Source: Candidatus Babeliales bacterium (GTDB taxonomy: Bacteria > Babelota > Babeliae > Babelales > JACPOV01). From it: DNA of 64,000 bases. The DNA lies in contig JBFWNW010000004.1 in NCBI GenBank assembly GCA_050250855.1, forward strand, positions 1 to 64,000. The letters are read 5' to 3'. A program made the translations under genes and the position numbers. The notes under the pieces are model-generated. The model was not told the DNA's origin, made no database searches, and saw only the letters and a list, made by a program, of their open reading frames with translations. The first letter of the stretch is position 1. Each line of letters opens with the position of its first letter. Of the stretch, positions 58,291 through 64,000 are shown in pieces.

Positions 58291-60345
58291 TTATTGAGCC
58301 CAATTTTTTTCTATTCCCTTTTTTAATAAAGAAACAACCACCTCTGTTTGGAGCGGGCTGCTCTCTACATTCCCATCCCAGGGTTCTTTGCGAGGCTCTT
58401 CAAGGCGTGAAATTCTGTTAAACCAAATGCCGTCATGCAAGCGCCAAAGATCACTAATTTTATGCACATCACTTTCTTGCTGTAGTTTAGAAAGTAGCAG
58501 GACAGGCAGCGAAATAAGATGAATATTATTGTTGGCCAACTGAGTGTAGTATCGGTAAAATTCGTTATTAAATGTAGCCATAATAACCGGTTCGTGTGCA
58601 GAACTAAGACCCGCCAAAATACCTTGATAAAACCAGTTGTGCGGTAAATTAATATTGTAAGCAGCAATAATACCGCCTGGTAGGATCGTATTAATCTGTT
58701 TTTTTATGAAAGTGCCAAGCTTGCGCGCTTGTTGCTGTAACGCTCCAAAATATTCGTCCATAAGTTTGTGCCGCATCAAGAAGCTGGTGCGTTCTTTGGT
58801 TGTTTTGAGTGTGAGCGCTTCTGGTTTGTTGGTAACTCTGCAATAACGGCTCCAAGATGTATCTGAAAAATCCATAAATTCGGTAAACTGTCCTGTTTGA
58901 TCTTGTGCATGATACATTTCAAAATCAAAAAAGATGCCAGCAAGCGGTAAACCGCTACCAAGTGAACTTTGCCATGCAGTAACAAACTCTTTGAGTACGT
59001 CAAACAGCTCTGGCTTCCAAAATCCTTTAACATCAAAAGGGTTTGGTACTTTATTGTAGACGTTTCCATACATATCAGTTGCAGGATCGTGAGGGCGGTG
59101 TGTCGCTAAATTTCCCGTCAGTTCCATGCCAACAAAAAGCTTTGGCACAGGGAGTTTAAGCTCTGCTGCTTTTGTACGTAAAGAACTGGTGAACTTTTTA
59201 ATGTCGCTAAAAAGTTCTTCCTTTTTTTCCTTGTTGACAGCTTTGGTGCTTAGATACGTTTCAGGATTGAGTTGCAGCCAGAGCATATTCATACCAGATT
59301 TTAGCAAGTGCTCAATTGCTTTGTCGTTATCAACGTATGGCGGAATACCCAGCCAACCGCACGCAACTCCTTTTTTTGTCCAATTATATGGTGGTGCCAT
59401 TATGTTACGCTGATCGTGCACCGTGTTTCTAAGTTTGGCAAAAGATTGAGCAAGGAGTGCTACAGGAACAGCTTTTTTTTCAGTAGGTTTTAGATTTCCG
59501 GTTGCGCTTGCTTGTGCACATTCATGCATAAATGCTTGGAGCCCTTCAAGAAGTGCGGTGCGCAAACGCAAATCTACAGGATTATACACAAAAGGATCTT
59601 TAATATCAGCAAACGTGACCGCATTGTTGGTTGTTATGAAAAATTGGTTGCCCGTAGCGCGATTTTTAATATAAAAACCGAGAGGATAGATTGGCCTGAG
59701 TGCGCTATCAAACATGCAATTTTGTAAGGGAAGTCCCGTTGCAACAAGTTCATTATTTTTTTTATAAAGCGGTTTGAGCTCAGTGAGTGCTGCCTCTTGT
59801 TTAGTATACGATGCGGGGAGCATAGAAGTATCATAAAGTCTACTTTTGCTTGCATCAGACTTGACCATATGCTGCAAGCCTTGCTTTAAAAAGGTATCAA
59901 AATCAGAAGACATGACCCGTTTTTCTTGTATGCCAAGGCGCCGTAACAGGTGGTGTGCAAGAGAAAAAGTTCCTATCGGATTTGCACCATGCGGCAAAAG
60001 AAGCATGATCGTTTTATTTTTTTGATCGCGAATTTTTTCAAAAAGTGTGAAAACATGCTGTAAAATTGGATTTTTTATGCTATGCTTATTGCTAAGTTCA
60101 CGCGCTAGAGCATGAAACATTGAGTTATCAAGTGCAATAATAATAGTTTGATACTGCTCAATATCGGGCGATTCTAGGTGATAAAAATGATGATACGTTG
60201 GGCGCAAGCCTGCTTGGCGCGCAAACGTCATGAGCGTGTGGTAAACGGAGGGGTTCTGATTGCCAGTATCAAGAATTAACAGATTGTTGGATGCTGCGCT
60301 ACTCACAAAAAAAGTACAGAGCATTAATGATAGAATGATTTTCAT
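58291..60345 (-). CDS. large secreted hypothetical protein (possible glycoside-hydrolase-like TIM barrel)
   Basis: 684-aa ORF, signal peptide, LAGIFFDFEMY strand-acid motif. Confidence 0.7.
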   Translation of the reverse strand: MKIILSLMLCTFFVSSAASNNLLILDTGNQNPSVYHTLMTFARQAGLRPTYHHFYHLESPDIEQYQTIIIALDNSMFHALARELSNKHSIKNPILQHVFTLFEKIRDQKNKTIMLLLPHGANPIGTFSLAHHLLRRLGIQEKRVMSSDFDTFLKQGLQHMVKSDASKSRLYDTSMLPASYTKQEAALTELKPLYKKNNELVATGLPLQNCMFDSALRPIYPLGFYIKNRATGNQFFITTNNAVTFADIKDPFVYNPVDLRLRTALLEGLQAFMHECAQASATGNLKPTEKKAVPVALLAQSFAKLRNTVHDQRNIMAPPYNWTKKGVACGWLGIPPYVDNDKAIEHLLKSGMNMLWLQLNPETYLSTKAVNKEKKEELFSDIKKFTSSLRTKAAELKLPVPKLFVGMELTGNLATHRPHDPATDMYGNVYNKVPNPFDVKGFWKPELFDVLKEFVTAWQSSLGSGLPLAGIFFDFEMYHAQDQTGQFTEFMDFSDTSWSRYCRVTNKPEALTLKTTKERTSFLMRHKLMDEYFGALQQQARKLGTFIKKQINTILPGGIIAAYNINLPHNWFYQGILAGLSSAHEPVIMATFNNEFYRYYTQLANNNIHLISLPVLLLSKLQQESDVHKISDLWRLHDGIWFNRISRLEEPRKEPWDGNVESSPLQTEVVVSLLKKGIEKNWAQ

Positions 60346-60458
60346 ACCGTGTCTTTCCTTATTTTTATCTTTAAAGACACTATAGTATAATAATCATTAA
60401 CCAAGCAAGTTGTTTTTTGGCAAAGAAATATATGCAGTATTTTGTAGAAGGATCGATT

Positions 60459-61376
60459 ATGAAAAAATTATTAATGGTGATGTTTTTTAGCCTACCAGTC
60501 GGTACAAGTTGGGGGATGGAAACTGAGAAGCCAAAAACACAAACCAATTTCACTCAACGTACTAAGAAAAATACTAGTACTTCAACGTCTCAAAAAGCCA
60601 TTACACCACGACATTTAGCTCAATTGGCAGAATTTGAAGTAGCTAAAGAAAATGCTCTCATGACAGAACGAAATAAACTCACCAATATGCATAATAGAAT
60701 TTATAATCATAGCATGCATGGTATGGATGATGGAATTGCTAAATTTTTTTCACAGATGCCACCAGTAATAGTTTTTGAGGGTTATAACCGTGCTTTTAAT
60801 TCTGATTATCAGCTAAAAAAGTCTTTAGAGCATAATAATATTACTGCCAAAGCTCAAAAAGATGTATTAAGTGCTTTAGATGGAAGAAAATCTTCTTATA
60901 TTGAACAGGAAAATGGGCAAGGGGTTGAAGCTCCAGAGTTAGCTGGACTTAGAAAATTGGTAGAAGAGGAGTGTTCTAATGAATTCAAAAAAAAATCGAT
61001 GCTAGGAACATTAGATGCTATTGATGAAATTATTCATAGTACCAAATTTTATGCTCAACAAAATCCGCAGCAAATGAAAGAAAAATTAGCAGCATTTAAT
61101 TATATGTTACAAGTAGATCTTCCTGTTCTAGAGAAATCTAAAGAGAAAGCAACATTTATTGATGATCTTGAGAATACAGTAAAAAAGTTATATGCATTGG
61201 TTACAAAAGCTCCTACTAGTTTTGAAAAATTCACAAATGAAGTAGAAAATGGAAAGGCTCTTCCTTTGGCAGTTATAGGAACTGCAGTAGGGGTGGGCAC
61301 TTTGTGTGTAGGTAAAATGATTTATGATGCAGTTACTACTTCTGTTGAAGTTGCTATTGCTGCCACTGAAGGCTAA
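60459..61376 (+). CDS. hypothetical secreted protein with C-terminal TM
   Basis: MKKLL signal ending SWG-ME; C-terminal LAVIGTAVGVGTLCV. Confidence 0.7.
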   Translation: MKKLLMVMFFSLPVGTSWGMETEKPKTQTNFTQRTKKNTSTSTSQKAITPRHLAQLAEFEVAKENALMTERNKLTNMHNRIYNHSMHGMDDGIAKFFSQMPPVIVFEGYNRAFNSDYQLKKSLEHNNITAKAQKDVLSALDGRKSSYIEQENGQGVEAPELAGLRKLVEEECSNEFKKKSMLGTLDAIDEIIHSTKFYAQQNPQQMKEKLAAFNYMLQVDLPVLEKSKEKATFIDDLENTVKKLYALVTKAPTSFEKFTNEVENGKALPLAVIGTAVGVGTLCVGKMIYDAVTTSVEVAIAATEG

Positions 61377-61378
61377 TC

Positions 61379-62125
61379 TTACCAATATTTTTTGATAAAA
61401 AGTGTATGCGCTGCTTGCAATAACAGCAGCGCATAGCAAAATGCATATAAACTGCCATACAAAAGCTGCGCCATAGCTAAAGGTAGCTGATGCACTACAG
61501 CATTTTTTATGTCAATTAAAGCAAGATCAGGAAAACAGTAATACAGTGCTGTGCCAAATACATAAAAAATTCCTTCTTTGTGTGCAAGAAGCTCGTACCA
61601 CGTATGATTTGTGTAAGCGATTGCATAAAAACTAAACGTTGCAAGGTATGCCATATTTACGGAAAGCAGTAAAGAAAAAAAGAAAGCAGCAGCAAGAAGC
61701 ACCATACATTCAAGCCCAATTCCAATAAAACCTGGTAGTATATGCCAGAACCATTGATCAGTCAGATAATACAGTACAACTACTGATACGCCATAAAATA
61801 CAACTACAGCACTGCCCAGTGCACTAAAAAAGCCGGTAACGGTTTGCCAAAAAAAAGATGAGCGTGAGGTAGTGCATAAAAAAAAGTCATAACTTTGATA
61901 GAGCTTTTGTTTTTCAAAATAAGGAATGGCGTATAAAAAGATTAAGCAAAAACAAAAGATCTGCAGAGCAAAAAAAAGAACATCAACTAAAACTTTTTCA
62001 TAACTTCCTAAAGCACTAAGGGCTGCCGTGTTTCCCACACTGACGCAGCCCAGCATTATGAGCGCAGCAAGCTGTATGATGTTATGCGCATACAGCTGCT
62101 GTAGCGTAAAAATTAATACGGTCAC
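61379..62125 (-). CDS. ABC-2-like multi-TM membrane protein
   Basis: About six TM segments, LYYCFPDL motif; GTG start at 62125 overlaps the upstream TGA. Confidence 0.65.
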   Translation of the reverse strand: MTVLIFTLQQLYAHNIIQLAALIMLGCVSVGNTAALSALGSYEKVLVDVLFFALQIFCFCLIFLYAIPYFEKQKLYQSYDFFLCTTSRSSFFWQTVTGFFSALGSAVVVFYGVSVVVLYYLTDQWFWHILPGFIGIGLECMVLLAAAFFFSLLLSVNMAYLATFSFYAIAYTNHTWYELLAHKEGIFYVFGTALYYCFPDLALIDIKNAVVHQLPLAMAQLLYGSLYAFCYALLLLQAAHTLFIKKYW

Positions 62126-62604
62126 GAAGCAACAACAGGAGGATTCGTAGAATACGTAGTGCCGCCTGGATTTTCCAAAATAGCAGGAATTATTCCTTGC
62201 TTGCATAATGAATGAATAAGAAGGCGCACAAAATTATCAAGCTGTGCTTGCGTAGGGTTTCCGCGTTTAGTTAGTTCATTCGCTATGTTGAGGATGCTAT
62301 CCACCATGCAGGTAGCGTTGAGTGTAATGTTTGCTTTATTATGACGGTCAATTAAAATTTTGCTAAAGCTTGCTAAAATACGCATAAATTGTCTGAAAAT
62401 AGCAATATCTGTTTTACGTTCTTCATTACTTTCTAGCGTATCTTCTTGAGCAGTAGAAGTGCTTTTTAAGATTGCAACTAGTTCTTCAGAAAGAGAAAGC
62501 GTTGCCATAAGATTTTCAGCCGTTAGATCAGTTTCTTGCTCAGTAGCATGTATATTCGAATTCATACCTGCTACTAAAAGGCCTATACATAACATTCGTT
62601 TCAT
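62122..62604 (-). CDS. hypothetical secreted protein
   Basis: AAGGAG RBS, signal peptide ending IHA. Confidence 0.7.
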   Translation of the reverse strand: MKRMLCIGLLVAGMNSNIHATEQETDLTAENLMATLSLSEELVAILKSTSTAQEDTLESNEERKTDIAIFRQFMRILASFSKILIDRHNKANITLNATCMVDSILNIANELTKRGNPTQAQLDNFVRLLIHSLCKQGIIPAILENPGGTTYSTNPPVVAS

Positions 62605-62622
62605 AGAGACTCCTTTTTTTTA

Positions 62623-62670
62623 CGTTCGCGTATTCCCTTCGACTCACTTTGTTCGCTCAGGGAGACCGAA
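62623..62670. repeat. degenerate family A palindrome
   Basis: cccttcgac-tcactttgttc-gctcaggg. Confidence 0.6.
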
Positions 62671-62709
62671 TACAATTAAAAAAAGTCTAAAAACCTAAAC
62701 CTTGTCAGG

Positions 62710-63999
62710 TCAAGAGATTACTGGTTCTTTTATAATGCGCACCTGAGAAACTCGTTTAGGGCTTGCTTGTTGCACTAAGAATTTATACTGTTTATAAATA
62801 ACTTCCTGGCCTTTTTGAGGAAGATGTTGCAGTTGTTCTGTTAAAAAACCTGCAATAGAGACAGCATCTTCTACTTCAAAAGTTATGCCAAGTAATTTGC
62901 TTAATGAATCAAGATCGATACTGCCATCAACAAGCCAATCCCCTTCACGCAAGGTAATTATTTTTTCTGGAACTGCTTCGTATTCATCACGAATTTCACC
63001 AACAATTTCTTCCAGAATATCTTCAAGCGTTACCAGGCCCATGATAATGCCATGTTCATTCAGTACAATAGCAATATGCATGCCTTTTTGACGAAATTCA
63101 CGTAATAATTGATTGATTTTCATGCTTTCTGGTACAAATAAGATGGGTCTTACTATTGATTCCAGGGGTTTTTCCTCATGTTTTGCCATGAGATTAAAAA
63201 TATCTTTTTGTAAAACCATACCAATAATATTATCTTTATTGCTTAAATAAACTGGCAAGCGAGAATATTGATATTTGCAAAACGTATCAAACGATTCTTC
63301 TATAGTATCTGTTGCATTAAGCAGAATAATATCAACAGCAGGTACCATAATTTCTTTAACTTGCTTAATTCCTAACTTGAAGACACTTTGTAACATTTCT
63401 GTTTTTTCTCGCTCCATGAGTCCTTTTTCATTGATGTAATCAATTAAAAAGCGAATTTCATGTTCAGTAACAAGCGATTCTGTTCCATGTGCTGGCCCAC
63501 CAAGTAGACGAATAACCGCGCTTGAAATGGAAACAAGAATTTTGACAAAAGGATACAAAAGATAAAAAGTAATGTTTGTTAGCCATAGTGTTGATCTAAA
63601 CAAACGTTCACCATGAACCTTTGCAATATTTTTAGGGATAACTTCACCAAAAATTAAAATTGCAATGGTACCAAAAGCGATACCCAAAGAGAATCCTAAG
63701 CCACCCGAAAAATGCAATCGAGCAAAAATGGTTTCCATAATATTGGTAATCAATGCTGCAGCACTAACGTTAGCAACACTATTAGCAATAAGCATGGTTA
63801 CCAGTACTTGCTGAGGATGCTCTTCTAGTGTTTTAAAAAGCTCTTTGTAACGAGATGTGGTTGATGCAAGTTCTTTAAGTTTAAAAAGACGTAATGCAGT
63901 AATGCTCGTTTCTAAGAAGGAAAAGAGTGCACAGCCAAGGAGTGCAATGAAAAATGCTATTACTTGTGGATATAAAAAACCTTGTAATAGGGCGTTTGG
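62710..63999 (-). CDS. HlyC/CorC (CNNM) family protein, DUF21+CBS+CorC; 5' end outside the window
   Basis: Frame open to the window edge (ALFSFLETSITAL); GEVIPK, YSRLPV, TLEDILEEIVGEI motifs. Confidence 0.93.
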   Translation of the reverse strand, partial: PNALLQGFLYPQVIAFFIALLGCALFSFLETSITALRLFKLKELASTTSRYKELFKTLEEHPQQVLVTMLIANSVANVSAAALITNIMETIFARLHFSGGLGFSLGIAFGTIAILIFGEVIPKNIAKVHGERLFRSTLWLTNITFYLLYPFVKILVSISSAVIRLLGGPAHGTESLVTEHEIRFLIDYINEKGLMEREKTEMLQSVFKLGIKQVKEIMVPAVDIILLNATDTIEESFDTFCKYQYSRLPVYLSNKDNIIGMVLQKDIFNLMAKHEEKPLESIVRPILFVPESMKINQLLREFRQKGMHIAIVLNEHGIIMGLVTLEDILEEIVGEIRDEYEAVPEKIITLREGDWLVDGSIDLDSLSKLLGITFEVEDAVSIAGFLTEQLQHLPQKGQEVIYKQYKFLVQQASPKRVSQVRIIKEPVIS

Positions 64000-64000
64000 T

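Noticed and set aside
3605..62670. Repeated palindromes as a CRISPR array or integron attC sites
   Set aside because: They are dispersed, not regularly spaced with unique spacers, and no cas or intI gene is present.

Overview
AT-rich bacterial chromosomal window. Gene content fits a protist-associated, host-dependent bacterium, most likely Ca. Dependentiae/Babelota (TM6); this is an inference. Housekeeping genes are ftsY, rnhB, rpsF-rpsR, typA, truA, gpmI, rsmE, tsaB, ruvX, murE, hppA, nrdAB, pgi-zwf-gnd, tkt, a GH3 NagZ-like gene, NfeD/SPFH and a CNNM/HlyC gene running off the end. They are interleaved with about 30 lineage-specific signal-peptide ORFs. No rRNA, tRNA, CRISPR array, integrase or transposase was seen. 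Main observations: (1) three places where accessory secreted-protein genes are bounded by direct repeats copying the 3' end of the neighbouring gene (gnd, a ComEC-like gene, an ankyrin gene), with no recombinase nearby; (2) a eukaryote-like ubiquitin toolkit, namely a secreted USP/C19 deubiquitinase and a five-member 'KYG' family, mostly F-box-like and/or Cys-rich; (3) a recurrent Met-Glu/Asp immediately after the predicted signal-peptide cleavage site; (4) a Chlamydia-type class Ic (Mn/Fe) NrdB; (5) a nested palindromic REP/MITE family and two unannotated structured-RNA candidates upstream of the USP gene.
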